Shown here in pieces: positions 29,878 to 39,080 of a stretch of 64,000 nucleotides of DNA. This stretch comes from Alphaproteobacteria bacterium (GTDB taxonomy: Bacteria > Pseudomonadota > Alphaproteobacteria > SHVP01), in assembly GCA_040216735.1 (NCBI GenBank), contig JAVJOO010000002.1:149118-213117 (forward strand). Reading direction: 5' to 3'. Below the pieces are notes generated by a model, which did not search any database, had not been told where the DNA came from, and saw nothing but the letters and a program-made list of their open reading frames with translations. The position numbers and the translations under genes are program-made. Every line of letters begins with the position of its first letter. The stretch's first letter is position 1.

Positions 29878-30461
29878 CGCGCAGGTGCTACGCCAGGACC
29901 GTCGGGCTGCTCGGCGGCTCGTTCAACCCCGCGCATTCGGGCCACCGGCGGCTCAGCGAATTTGCACTGAAGCGCCTGGGGCTGGACGAAGTCTGGTGGC
30001 TGGTGTCGCCACAAAACCCTCTGAAACCGACCGCTGGGATGGCGCCTTTTGCACAACGCCTCCGTGAGGCGGTCGTCGTCGCCGACCATCCGCGCATCCG
30101 GGTTTCCAATTTCGAAGCGCGGCTTGGGACCCGGTTCACCGTGGATACGATCGATCGGTTACTGGCACGGCACCCGGAAATCCGGTTCGTTTGGCTGATG
30201 GGTGCCGACAATCTGGCTCAGGTCAACAGGTGGCATCGTTGGCGGGCCCTCTTCTCCAAAGTGCCGGTTGCGGTGATCGATCGTCCGGGCCACACCTACC
30301 GTGCCCTGGCATCGCCTGCCGCGCAGGCATTCGCCCCGCTGCGCTATCGCGGCCCCCTGCAGGCGCTTAGCCAACGATCCCCGCCGGCTTGGGCATTCGT
30401 TTTCGGGTTCCGCGATTGGACGTCCGCCACCAGCTTGCGCCTCGCCAAAGAGCGCGGTTAA
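29874..30461 (+). CDS. nadD: Nicotinate-nucleotide adenylyltransferase; start codon non-canonical or gene frameshifted
   Basis: Frame contains [14 protein letters not shown] (HxGH nucleotidyltransferase motif) and full NadD body to stop at 30461; no ATG/GTG/TTG in frame between upstream stop (29667) and motif; nearest candidate is CTG at 29874 overlapping proA stop. Confidence 0.65.
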   Translation: MTRRCYARTVGLLGGSFNPAHSGHRRLSEFALKRLGLDEVWWLVSPQNPLKPTAGMAPFAQRLREAVVVADHPRIRVSNFEARLGTRFTVDTIDRLLARHPEIRFVWLMGADNLAQVNRWHRWRALFSKVPVAVIDRPGHTYRALASPAAQAFAPLRYRGPLQALSQRSPPAWAFVFGFRDWTSATSLRLAKERG

Positions 30462-30556
30462 ATGTTCACTATGTTCGCATCCCTACCGGAGGCCATCCGA
30501 TAACGCGCACCCGAACGGCGACCCGGCCCGACCTCGGTGATCGCCAGATCCTGAAC

Positions 30557-30886
30557 GTGGTCCTCGCGTCCCTCGACGACGATCAGGCCATCGACCCCTC
30601 CACCATCGACCTCCACGGAAAATCCTTGATCGCCGACCATATGGTTGTGGCGAGCGGTCGCTCCAATCGGCATGTCTCGGCGATTGCCACTCACCTGGCG
30701 GAGAAGCTGAAGGCTGAGGGAGTCCAGGTCCGAACCGAAGGCCTCGCCAAGGGGGATTGGGTCCTGCTGGATTGCGGCGATGTCATCGTTCATCTGTTCC
30801 GGCCTGAGGTCCGCGACTACTACAATCTCGAAAAAATGTGGTCCGCCGCACTACCCGATGATTCAGTACCCGCCACCGGGCCATGA
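30557..30886 (+). CDS. rsfS: Ribosome silencing factor RsfS (iojap-like)
   Basis: ILNVVLASLDDDQAIDPSTIDLHGKSLIADHMVVASGRSNRHVSAIA... resembles RsfS family from memory; first in-frame start after nadD stop is GTG at 30557; N-terminus may be slightly longer via a rare start. Confidence 0.7.
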   Translation: MVLASLDDDQAIDPSTIDLHGKSLIADHMVVASGRSNRHVSAIATHLAEKLKAEGVQVRTEGLAKGDWVLLDCGDVIVHLFRPEVRDYYNLEKMWSAALPDDSVPATGP

Positions 30887-31344
30887 GGGTCGCGGTCGTC
30901 GCGGTTGGAAAACTCAAGCGCAGTCCCCTCCAGGCCGTTTTCGACGACTATGTCGCACGCTTGGCTTGGCCCGTTGCCGTTCATGAAGTCGCAGCATCGC
31001 GCGGCCCCACGCCAGAGGTGCGACGCGACGATGAGGCAGCGGCACTCGCCCGCCATCTCCCGGTAAAAAGCGTCGTCGTTGCCCTCGACAAGGACGGCCA
31101 CGACCTGACCACGGAGGCCCTCGCGGACCGGTTCAGCGCGTGGCAGGTATCGTCCCAAGCGGACGTCGCCTTTGTTGTCGGCGGCCCCGACGGCCTCGGC
31201 GGAGCGCTCAAATCCCGCGCCGACCTGACGCTGGCCTTCGGGCGGGCGACCTGGCCCCACCTCCTGGTTCGGGTGATGTTGGCCGAACAGCTATACCGGG
31301 CAGCGAGCATCCTGGCCGGACATCCCTACCACCGCGCCGACTAG
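30883..31344 (+). CDS. rlmH: 23S rRNA (pseudouridine1915-N3)-methyltransferase RlmH
   Basis: 153-aa SPOUT-fold protein MRVAVVAVGKLK...; conserved position after rsfS; ATG overlaps rsfS stop. Confidence 0.85.
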   Translation: MRVAVVAVGKLKRSPLQAVFDDYVARLAWPVAVHEVAASRGPTPEVRRDDEAAALARHLPVKSVVVALDKDGHDLTTEALADRFSAWQVSSQADVAFVVGGPDGLGGALKSRADLTLAFGRATWPHLLVRVMLAEQLYRAASILAGHPYHRAD

Positions 31345-31420
31345 GCAAAGGCTTGCACTCCCGGGCGATCTCGCCCATCTTCCGGACAACCCTTATCGCT
31401 TCAGAATCGTCGCGCCGCCC

Positions 31421-32992
31421 ATGGAAAACCGCCCTCGCCCCGTTGTTTTATGCATCCTCGACGGCTGGGGCTACAGTGAAGAGCGCGCGGGAAATGCAAT
31501 CGCCCTTGCCGCGACCCCCGTCTATGACCGGTTGCTGGCGGAAAACCCCTGGGCCCTCCTCAAGACCTCGGCGGGCGATGTCGGTCTGCCCGACGAACAG
31601 ATGGGCAACTCGGAGGTTGGCCATACCAACCTCGGTGCCGGGCGCGTCGTGCTTCAGGATCTTCCGCGAATCGATGCGGCGGTCGCCGACGGGACGCTGG
31701 CAACGAACACGACACTCGCCACTGTGGCCGACCGTTGTCGCAGCAACACCGGTCGATGTCACCTGTTAGGACTCGTTTCTCCGGGAGGCGTTCACGCGCA
31801 CCAAAAACACATCGCGGCGCTCGCCAAGGTGCTGTCGCAGGCTGGACTAAAAGTCGATATCCACGCGATTGTCGATGGACGCGACACGCCGCCGAAAAGT
31901 GCCGCGGGCTATCTCGATACGCTCGCGCGCGATATCGCCGATTGCGACAACGTGCGCATCGCAACGGTCAGCGGTCGGTATTACGCCATGGACCGCGACA
32001 ACCGGTGGGACCGCGTAAGCCGCGCCTACCGGGCGCTTGTCGCAGCCGACGCACCGCGCGCGCCAGACGCCGCATCGGTGATTGAGGGCGCTTACCAGGG
32101 GGGGATCACCGATGAATTCGTGGTCCCCACCGTGTTGGGGGACTATGCCGGGATGCGCGACGGCGATGCGCTCGTCGTGGCAAACTTCCGCGCCGACCGC
32201 GTTCGCCAGATCTTGAGCGCCTTTCTTTTTGACGAGTTCACCGCGTTCGAACGGGGGTCTCGCGTTCAGTTCTCCGCCGTGGCCGGCCTGACGTCCTATT
32301 CGAGCGACCTAGACCGGGTCATGGATCAACTGTTTCCGCCCTTGGAAATAAAGGACACGTTGGGCGAAATCGTTGCCCGCGCCGGGCTCGCACAGCTCCG
32401 CATCGCCGAAACCGAAAAATACGCCCACGTAACCTTCTTCTTTAACGGCGGCGAAGAGAAGGTGTTTGCCGGCGAGGAACGGATACTGGTGCCCTCGCCA
32501 AACGTTGCGACCTACGATCTAAAGCCCGAGATGTCGGCGCCTGAGGTCACCGACAAACTCGTCGCCGCGATCGAATCTAGGAAGTTCGACTTAATTGTCT
32601 GCAACTATGCAAATGCGGACATGGTGGGGCACACCGGCATGTTGGCGCCCGCCATTGCGGCGATCGAGGCAGTCGACACATGCCTCGGCAGGGTCGAGGC
32701 GGCGACGAAGGCCACGGGGGGCGTTCTTCTTGTTACTGCCGACCATGGCAACGCAGAGAAAATGAGCGATGCCGACGGCGGCGCCCACACTGCGCATACC
32801 ACCGACGACGTACCGCTGATTGTCGCCAATGCGCCGTCCATCGGCCATGTCGCGGCCGGTCGGTTGGCCGACGTTGCGCCAACGATTCTTGCGATCATGG
32901 GTTTGCCCCAGCCGGAGACGATGTCCGGTGTCTCTCTTGCGCATACTGCGCGGCGTCCTGCGGCGGCCGACAAAGCGCGTGCCACGGCGTAA
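31421..32992 (+). CDS. gpmI: 2,3-bisphosphoglycerate-independent phosphoglycerate mutase
   Basis: 523 aa; N-terminal VLCILDGWG and ADHGNAE metal-site motifs. Confidence 0.9.
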   Translation: MENRPRPVVLCILDGWGYSEERAGNAIALAATPVYDRLLAENPWALLKTSAGDVGLPDEQMGNSEVGHTNLGAGRVVLQDLPRIDAAVADGTLATNTTLATVADRCRSNTGRCHLLGLVSPGGVHAHQKHIAALAKVLSQAGLKVDIHAIVDGRDTPPKSAAGYLDTLARDIADCDNVRIATVSGRYYAMDRDNRWDRVSRAYRALVAADAPRAPDAASVIEGAYQGGITDEFVVPTVLGDYAGMRDGDALVVANFRADRVRQILSAFLFDEFTAFERGSRVQFSAVAGLTSYSSDLDRVMDQLFPPLEIKDTLGEIVARAGLAQLRIAETEKYAHVTFFFNGGEEKVFAGEERILVPSPNVATYDLKPEMSAPEVTDKLVAAIESRKFDLIVCNYANADMVGHTGMLAPAIAAIEAVDTCLGRVEAATKATGGVLLVTADHGNAEKMSDADGGAHTAHTTDDVPLIVANAPSIGHVAAGRLADVAPTILAIMGLPQPETMSGVSLAHTARRPAAADKARATA

Positions 32993-34172
32993 CCTTCTTC
33001 ATCTCTTGGCGGTGGCGAGCGCCATCGCAGTCTTGTCTGTGGGGAGCGTCGACGCCCAACGGGCCGACGACCCGCCCGAAAACAAACTCCGCGAGGTCGA
33101 GCGGGCGATCGAGGCCGGACGCACCCGCAGCCAAGAACTCGACCGCGAGGCCGCGCGGATCGAAGACGAACTGCAGCAGTTGCAGCGCACGCTCGTGGAG
33201 AGTGCGCGGCGCGCGCAATCCCAGGAAGAAACGGTAACGGAACTGGAGACCCGTCTCGGCTCCTACCGCGTCGAAGAACGGGCGCTCCTAACCTCGCTGA
33301 ATGACCGACGCGCGGCCATCGACAAGACCCTCGGCGCCCTGCAACGGATCGGCCGCACCCCGCCTGCCACGCTGCTTGCCGGGCCGAACAACGTTGCGGA
33401 CGCTCTGCGCACGTCGGTCCTGCTGTCGGCGATCGTCCCGGCGCTCACGGCGCAAGCCGAGACCTTTCGCTCCGAACTGGCCGCCCTGCGACAAATCAGA
33501 ACTGAAATCACCCGCCGACGGGCCAATCTCGATAACGCGGTGAACCGGCTTCGGCGCGAGCAAGTGGCGCTAGACCGCTTGATCGCCCGCAAAGCCAGGT
33601 TGCGTACCCAAACCCTTGCCGAAAGCCAGGAGGAGCGCCAACAAATTGCGGCACTTTCGGCGAGCGCCAACGACCTAAAGGGACTGATCGACCGTCTCGA
33701 GCGGCGGCCATCGGCGACGCCCCAGCGACTGGCCCTGCGCCCGCCCCCGGCCGCGACCCCCTTTTCCAGCGCCCGGGGAAGCCTGGCACTACCGGCAAGG
33801 GGCCGGATTGTCACACGTTTTGGTGAACGCAGCGCCGTCGGCCTACGTTCCCAAGGGATTCTTGTCGAGACACGCCCGGATGCGCAGGTCGTTGCGCCCT
33901 ACGATGGACAAATCGTGTTCGCAGGCGCGTTTCGGCGCTATGGCGAACTCTTGATCATCGCGCATGGCGAGGGATATCATACGCTCCTCGCTGGATTTGC
34001 CAGCATTGATGGGACTGTTGGCCAATGGCTGCTTGCTGGCGAACCGGTCGGCAAGATGGGTCCGCAGGATAGCCAAAGAAAGCCCGAACTCTATATCGAG
34101 CTGCGCCAGGATGGCGAACCGATTAACCCGATCCCTTGGTTGGCGACCACAGAAACAAAGGTTAGTGGATGA
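32979..34172 (+). CDS. envC: M23 family metallopeptidase / murein hydrolase activator (EnvC-like: coiled coil + LytM domain)
   Basis: GTG at 32979 gives signal peptide MPRRNLLHLLAVASAIAVLSVGSVDA; long coiled-coil region; C-terminal LytM/M23 domain (HGEGYHTLLAG); conserved gpmI-envC synteny. Confidence 0.8.
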   Translation: MPRRNLLHLLAVASAIAVLSVGSVDAQRADDPPENKLREVERAIEAGRTRSQELDREAARIEDELQQLQRTLVESARRAQSQEETVTELETRLGSYRVEERALLTSLNDRRAAIDKTLGALQRIGRTPPATLLAGPNNVADALRTSVLLSAIVPALTAQAETFRSELAALRQIRTEITRRRANLDNAVNRLRREQVALDRLIARKARLRTQTLAESQEERQQIAALSASANDLKGLIDRLERRPSATPQRLALRPPPAATPFSSARGSLALPARGRIVTRFGERSAVGLRSQGILVETRPDAQVVAPYDGQIVFAGAFRRYGELLIIAHGEGYHTLLAGFASIDGTVGQWLLAGEPVGKMGPQDSQRKPELYIELRQDGEPINPIPWLATTETKVSG

Positions 34173-35449
34173 TGCGTAATGCCCTTGCCGTTCTCGGCGT
34201 TTCGGTTCTCCTTGCGGTGTCGACACCGAACTTTGTCGGCGCTCAATCGAATTCGGAGACCTATCGCCAGCTCGATCTTTTCGGCGAAGTTTTCAATCGG
34301 GTTCGCGCCGATTACGTCGACGAGGTCGACGACGAAAAGCTAATCGAAGCGGCGGTCAACGGGATGCTCCAGGCGCTCGACCCGCATTCGGGTTTCTTGA
34401 ACGCCAAAAATTTTCGCGAGATGCAGGTACAAACCCGCGGTGAATTCGGCGGGTTGGGCATCGAAGTGACCATGGAGAACGGTTACGTCAAAGTTATTTC
34501 GCCGATCGACGGCACCCCGGCAGAACGGGCCGGCATTCTGACCGGAGATCTCGTCACCCATATAGGCGGCGAAGCGGTGCAAGGACTGACCCTTTCCCAG
34601 GCCGTCGAGAAGATGCGAGGCCCGGTCAACACCGACATTTTGTTAACGGTCGTTCGCGCCGGAGTCGACGCGCCGTTCGACGTGACACTGACGCGCGAAG
34701 TGATCCGCATCGCGTCCGTCCGCTCGCGGATCGAGGGCAATATCGCATACCTCCGGATCACCACATTCAGCGAACAAACTGTTGCGGGTCTTGAGAAAGA
34801 GATACGGGATATCAAGAAAGAGCTGGGGGAGAACATGGCGGGTATCGTGCTCGACCTGCGCGGTAATCCCGGCGGTTTGCTCGACCAGGCCGTCAAGGTG
34901 TCCGATGCCTTCCTTGAGCAAGGCGAGATCGTCTCCACCCGCGGGCGCCAGACCGGTGATGCCCAACGGTTCAACGCCAAGTCCGGCGACGTGATCGATG
35001 GGCTGCCGATGGTCGTGCTGATCAACGGCGGCTCGGCTTCCGCGTCTGAAATCGTCGCCGGCGCGCTGCAGGACCACGGGCGCGCGGTGGTGCTCGGAAC
35101 CCAATCCTTTGGCAAGGGGTCCGTACAGACGATTATCCCAATCGCCGGTCACGGCGCGGTGCGCCTGACCACGTCATTGTACTACACCCCATCCGGTCGT
35201 TCGATCCAGGCTAAGGGTATCTCTCCCGACATCGTGGTCGACCAAGTTCGCCTCGAGTCCGTCGCTGGACAAGCTGGCGCGCCACGCAGCGAGGCTAATC
35301 TGCGCAATCACATCGAAGTCGACGGCAACGAAGAAGACGGCGAACAACCCGTAGCGGCGGTCGACGAACGCCCATTCGACTTCCAGTTGGCGCGGGCGCT
35401 AGACCTGTTGCGCGGGATTCAGCTGTTCGCCAAGAAATCCGTCAACTGA
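34169..35449 (+). CDS. ctpA: Carboxy-terminal processing protease (S41 family)
   Basis: Signal peptide, PDZ domain, S41 catalytic region GIVLDLRGNPGG ... GSASASEI. Confidence 0.85.
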   Translation: MMRNALAVLGVSVLLAVSTPNFVGAQSNSETYRQLDLFGEVFNRVRADYVDEVDDEKLIEAAVNGMLQALDPHSGFLNAKNFREMQVQTRGEFGGLGIEVTMENGYVKVISPIDGTPAERAGILTGDLVTHIGGEAVQGLTLSQAVEKMRGPVNTDILLTVVRAGVDAPFDVTLTREVIRIASVRSRIEGNIAYLRITTFSEQTVAGLEKEIRDIKKELGENMAGIVLDLRGNPGGLLDQAVKVSDAFLEQGEIVSTRGRQTGDAQRFNAKSGDVIDGLPMVVLINGGSASASEIVAGALQDHGRAVVLGTQSFGKGSVQTIIPIAGHGAVRLTTSLYYTPSGRSIQAKGISPDIVVDQVRLESVAGQAGAPRSEANLRNHIEVDGNEEDGEQPVAAVDERPFDFQLARALDLLRGIQLFAKKSVN

Positions 35450-35496
35450 CGGTGGTCCAGGCAAGGTGGCCTGGACCGATGAGCGCTCGATAGCCC

Positions 35497-36876
35497 ATGG
35501 CAAGACGACCGAGGCCCCTCAGAGCCAGCCGACGTCTCGCGGATGACGACGAACGGGAAACGCCGGTCTGGCGGACTGCTCCAGCGCTGGTGGCCTACGG
35601 TCTTGTCGGATTGGTGGCGGCGGGGGTCGTCTTCCTTCAGGTAACCTACGTCGCCCCGGCCCCGCAAGCTGAACAGCAAGCCGATAGCCCGACCACGGTA
35701 TCCCTCGGCCCGCCGGAGGCCGCAAGCGCGGCCCTGCCGCCGGTGGAAACCGATGACGCCGTTTCGGATCCCCATGCCGACACCGGCACGACAGACCATG
35801 GCGAATCCAACGAGACGGCCCATACTGCCGCACCTGAGACGCCCCATGCTGCAGCGCCGGCCGATCCGGCCCACGCGCCACCGGCCGCCGAGGCGGCCCA
35901 CGCACCACCGACCACCGCGGCGGCCCATGCCGCGCCGACAACCGATGCACCGCACGCGGCGACGGCACCGGAACACGTGAATCGAGAAAGCGCTACGCCC
36001 GCCACGCCCGAAGTACGGCCCCGAACGGCGGTGCCCAGCGCCGCCCTCCCGGCGTTGCCCCGCAAACTGGTCCTGGCGCCGGCACCCGAACCCGCGCTGC
36101 AGGTCGCCGGACGTTTCGGACCGCTGCCGGCGATTGCCGAGGACGGACGGGAACCCTGGCGGGTCTATGCGCGGCCGTTTCCGCAGGCGCGAAACCGACC
36201 GCGCATTGCGATTTTGCTGCAGGACCTTGGGTTGAGTCAGGAACAAACCAATGCCGCTATTCAACAACTCCCCGGCAGCGTAACGCTCGGGTTCACCCCC
36301 TACGCGCGGCGCCTGGATCAATGGATCGGATTGAGCCGGGCGGCGGGACACGAGGTTCTACTGCAGATCCCGATGGAGCCGTTCGATTTTCCGACCAGCG
36401 ACCCTGGCCCCCACACCCTTTTGACATCTGCGGGGACCGACGAAAACATGGAACGATTGGAATTTCTCCTCAGCCGTTTCAGCGGCTACGTCGGCGTCTA
36501 CAATCGGATGGGGGATCGTTTCACGGCGTCCCCCGAAAGTTTGCAGCCGGTACTTCAATCCATCCGCGACCGTGGATTGCTGTTCGTGGACGCCCGCACT
36601 TCCGGCACCAGCGTTGCCGGTCGCATCGCCGCGGACCTCAGCCTTCCCCACGCACTCAACAACCGAGAGATCGACCAAGTCGCGTCCCGCGTCGCGATCG
36701 ATGCCAAGCTTATCGATCTTGAGAACATCGCCCGGCAGCAAGGGCAGGCGATTGGCATCGGGCGGCCCTACCCAGTGACCCTTGAGCGGTTGGCCCAATG
36801 GGCTGCCACCCTGGAGGAGAAGGGTATCGACCTCGCGCCCCTATCGGCGTTGGTGGCACAGGACACCCACCGGTGA
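35497..36876 (+). CDS. yibQ: Divergent polysaccharide deacetylase family protein (YibQ-like) with N-terminal TM anchor and Ala/Pro/His-rich low-complexity linker
   Basis: C-terminal ~250 aa resemble the YibQ/divergent polysaccharide deacetylase family (from memory); N-terminal TM helix; repeated A-H-A-P-P/T units; synteny after envC as in E. coli gpmM-envC-yibQ. Confidence 0.75.
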   Translation: MARRPRPLRASRRLADDDERETPVWRTAPALVAYGLVGLVAAGVVFLQVTYVAPAPQAEQQADSPTTVSLGPPEAASAALPPVETDDAVSDPHADTGTTDHGESNETAHTAAPETPHAAAPADPAHAPPAAEAAHAPPTTAAAHAAPTTDAPHAATAPEHVNRESATPATPEVRPRTAVPSAALPALPRKLVLAPAPEPALQVAGRFGPLPAIAEDGREPWRVYARPFPQARNRPRIAILLQDLGLSQEQTNAAIQQLPGSVTLGFTPYARRLDQWIGLSRAAGHEVLLQIPMEPFDFPTSDPGPHTLLTSAGTDENMERLEFLLSRFSGYVGVYNRMGDRFTASPESLQPVLQSIRDRGLLFVDARTSGTSVAGRIAADLSLPHALNNREIDQVASRVAIDAKLIDLENIARQQGQAIGIGRPYPVTLERLAQWAATLEEKGIDLAPLSALVAQDTHR

Positions 36877-37391
36877 ACGCGCGACCGGCGCCGACCGCCT
36901 ACCGGCCCTGCGTCGGAATTATGCTGCTCAACCGGCGCGGCAACGTGTTTGTCGCCCAACGAATAGATTCGCCCGGCGACGCCTGGCAAATGCCCCAAGG
37001 CGGGATCGATCAGGGAGAGGAACCCGCCGCCGCCGCGATCCGCGAACTGGCCGAGGAAATCGGTACGGACAACGCCGAGATCATCGCCGAGCTCGACGAC
37101 TGGATTCCCTACGATCTGCCAGACCATCTGGTTGGACGCCTCTGGCGCGGTCGTTACCGTGGGCAGACCCAGAAGTGGTTTGTTATGCGCTTCCTGGGGG
37201 ACGACAGCGAGATCGACATTGCCACCGAAGAGCCCGAGTTCAATGCGTGGAAATGGGTCGAGATGGCGCACCTGCTCGATCTGGTGGTGCCCTTTAAGCG
37301 GCATGTTTACGCCCGACTGATCGAGGCGTTCGGACACCTCGCCACGACCCAAGGCACCCCCAAACCGGAACCGCAAGATTCGGGTCGTTGA
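36873..37391 (+). CDS. rppH: RNA pyrophosphohydrolase (NUDIX)
   Basis: GTG at 36873 overlapping upstream stop; NUDIX box GGIDQGEEPAAAAIRELAEEIG; YRPCVGIMLLN N-terminus typical of RppH. Confidence 0.85.
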   Translation: MNARPAPTAYRPCVGIMLLNRRGNVFVAQRIDSPGDAWQMPQGGIDQGEEPAAAAIRELAEEIGTDNAEIIAELDDWIPYDLPDHLVGRLWRGRYRGQTQKWFVMRFLGDDSEIDIATEEPEFNAWKWVEMAHLLDLVVPFKRHVYARLIEAFGHLATTQGTPKPEPQDSGR

Positions 37392-37422
37392 ACGACCGGC
37401 GGCGCTTTAATCTGCGTCCACG

Positions 37423-38364
37423 ATGACCGCGCCGCCTTCCCTCTCTTCGATTGATCAACGCATGGACGGGCGCAGTTGGGCCGGCATTGCAGTGCTGGGC
37501 GCGGTCTGGGGCAGTTCGTTCTTTTTCTTCGAGGTCGCGCTCGAAACGCTAGGCCCAGTCTCCGTCGCCTTTGCCCGGGTAGCAATCGCCGCGGTGACCC
37601 TCTTCGCGCTTATTCGAATCCTGCGCCAATCGCTGCCCAAGGACTGGCGGTCCTGGCGGGCGTTGGCGGTGATGGGCATTTTGAACAACGCCATCCCGTT
37701 CACATTGATCGCTTGGGCGCAGGTGGTGATCGAGGGCGGTCTTGCCTCGATATTGAATGCGACGACGCCGATTTTCTCCGTTGTCTTGGCGGTCTTTGTC
37801 GTTCGCCAGGAAACCCTCACCGCCAACCGGCTGATCGGCGTCCTCTTGGGCTTTGTCGGCGTAATCGTCCTCATCGGTCCCGGCGCGCTGTCCTCGCTTG
37901 GGGTTTCTGTTGTCAGCCAAAGCCTCGTTCTTCTGGGTGCCCTGTCGTACGCGACTGCGGCGATCTACGCGCGCCGCCACCTCGTGGCCCACCCACCGCT
38001 GGTGACATCCTTCGCCCAGGTCGTCACCGCGGCCGCGGTACTCCTGCCGCTCGCCCTCGTTCTCGAGCGACCGTGGGACGCGTCGCCAACGGTCGCGACA
38101 TGGGGAGCGCTCGTGGCCATCGGCACACTTGGGACCGCGTTTGCCTACCCACTCTATTTTTTTCTGCTGCGGCGCACCGGCGCAACGAATCTGATGTTGG
38201 TCACGTTGATCAATCCCGTCACCGCGTTGTTGCTCGGAATCTTCGTTCTAAACGAGGACCCCGGCTGGACGGCCTTTGCCGGGATGGCGCTTATTTTCGC
38301 GGGGCTGGCGACGATCGACGGTCGTCTGTTCGAGTACGGGTCGAAACATCGTCCAGCAGCGTGA
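37423..38364 (+). CDS. DMT superfamily transporter (EamA-like, 10 TM)
   Basis: 313 aa, two EamA-like repeats of hydrophobic helices. Confidence 0.8.
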   Translation: MTAPPSLSSIDQRMDGRSWAGIAVLGAVWGSSFFFFEVALETLGPVSVAFARVAIAAVTLFALIRILRQSLPKDWRSWRALAVMGILNNAIPFTLIAWAQVVIEGGLASILNATTPIFSVVLAVFVVRQETLTANRLIGVLLGFVGVIVLIGPGALSSLGVSVVSQSLVLLGALSYATAAIYARRHLVAHPPLVTSFAQVVTAAAVLLPLALVLERPWDASPTVATWGALVAIGTLGTAFAYPLYFFLLRRTGATNLMLVTLINPVTALLLGIFVLNEDPGWTAFAGMALIFAGLATIDGRLFEYGSKHRPAA

Positions 38365-39062
38365 GGACCTCACCGAGACTTGAGATCGTCGCGTCGGGGC
38401 GGATAGTCGCAGGGAGAGGGCGATTTTCGACGTTAAGCCAGACGGCGGCAATACCAGCCGTCTGCGCACCGACCATATCCCAATCCAAATTGTCACCAAC
38501 CATCCAAGCCGCTGTCGCCTCTACCCCGAGGGCAGAAAGCGCATGATGGAAGATCGCGGGGTCTGGCTTTTCGATCCCCACTTCTTCGGAGATCGTGACG
38601 CAGTCGAAGAGCCCGCCAAGATCGAAAGCGCGACAACTTGGCGCGCTGTTCGTCTTTGCCGCCATTCGTTACGAGGCCGGTTTTGAGCCCAAGCGCGCGG
38701 CAGGTCTGGAGGAGCGGTACCGTTTCCGGATAGAGCCGATGCCCCGCTCGGCGTTTCTCCGTAAAGCGATCCGCGATTTCGATCGACAGACCTGTATCGT
38801 CGATGCCCAAATGCGCGAAGGCATTGGAAACGTTAGCCCGCCGAACCGCCCTCAGATCGTGGCGGTTTTGCGCCGTTGCCCTCGGCCCGGACCAGAATTG
38901 CGCAGCCGCGCTCGCAATGGCCTCGGCGACTTCCGCAGAATCCCGAGGATGGAGCGCTTCGCCATAGTCTTTAAGGTGCGCTCGCCACGCGGCCGAGCGG
39001 TTGGCATAGGCACTGATCAGGGTGTCGTCGAGATCAAAAAGAAGAGCGGCCGGTCGATCCAC
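38291..39062 (-). pseudogene. HAD-family hydrolase disrupted by +1 frameshift (or sequencing error) in a T-run
   Basis: ORF 38493..39062 carries HAD motif I (LFDLDDTL) and VTNGG; ORF 38291..38665 carries motifs III/IV (GIEKPDPAIF, WMVGDNLDWDM); junction reads ...aag ttg tcg cgc ttt c gat ctt ggc ggg... where removing one T restores KLSRFDLGGLFD. Confidence 0.6.
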
Positions 39063-39080
39063 TCGCCCGCTCCCGTGCTT

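Noticed and set aside
30389-30556. Upstream ATG at 30389 as rsfS start (165-aa product)
   Set aside because: It lies inside nadD coding sequence. The conserved RsfS core begins near residue 55 of that ORF, so the GTG at 30557 after the nadD stop is more consistent with family length (~110 aa)
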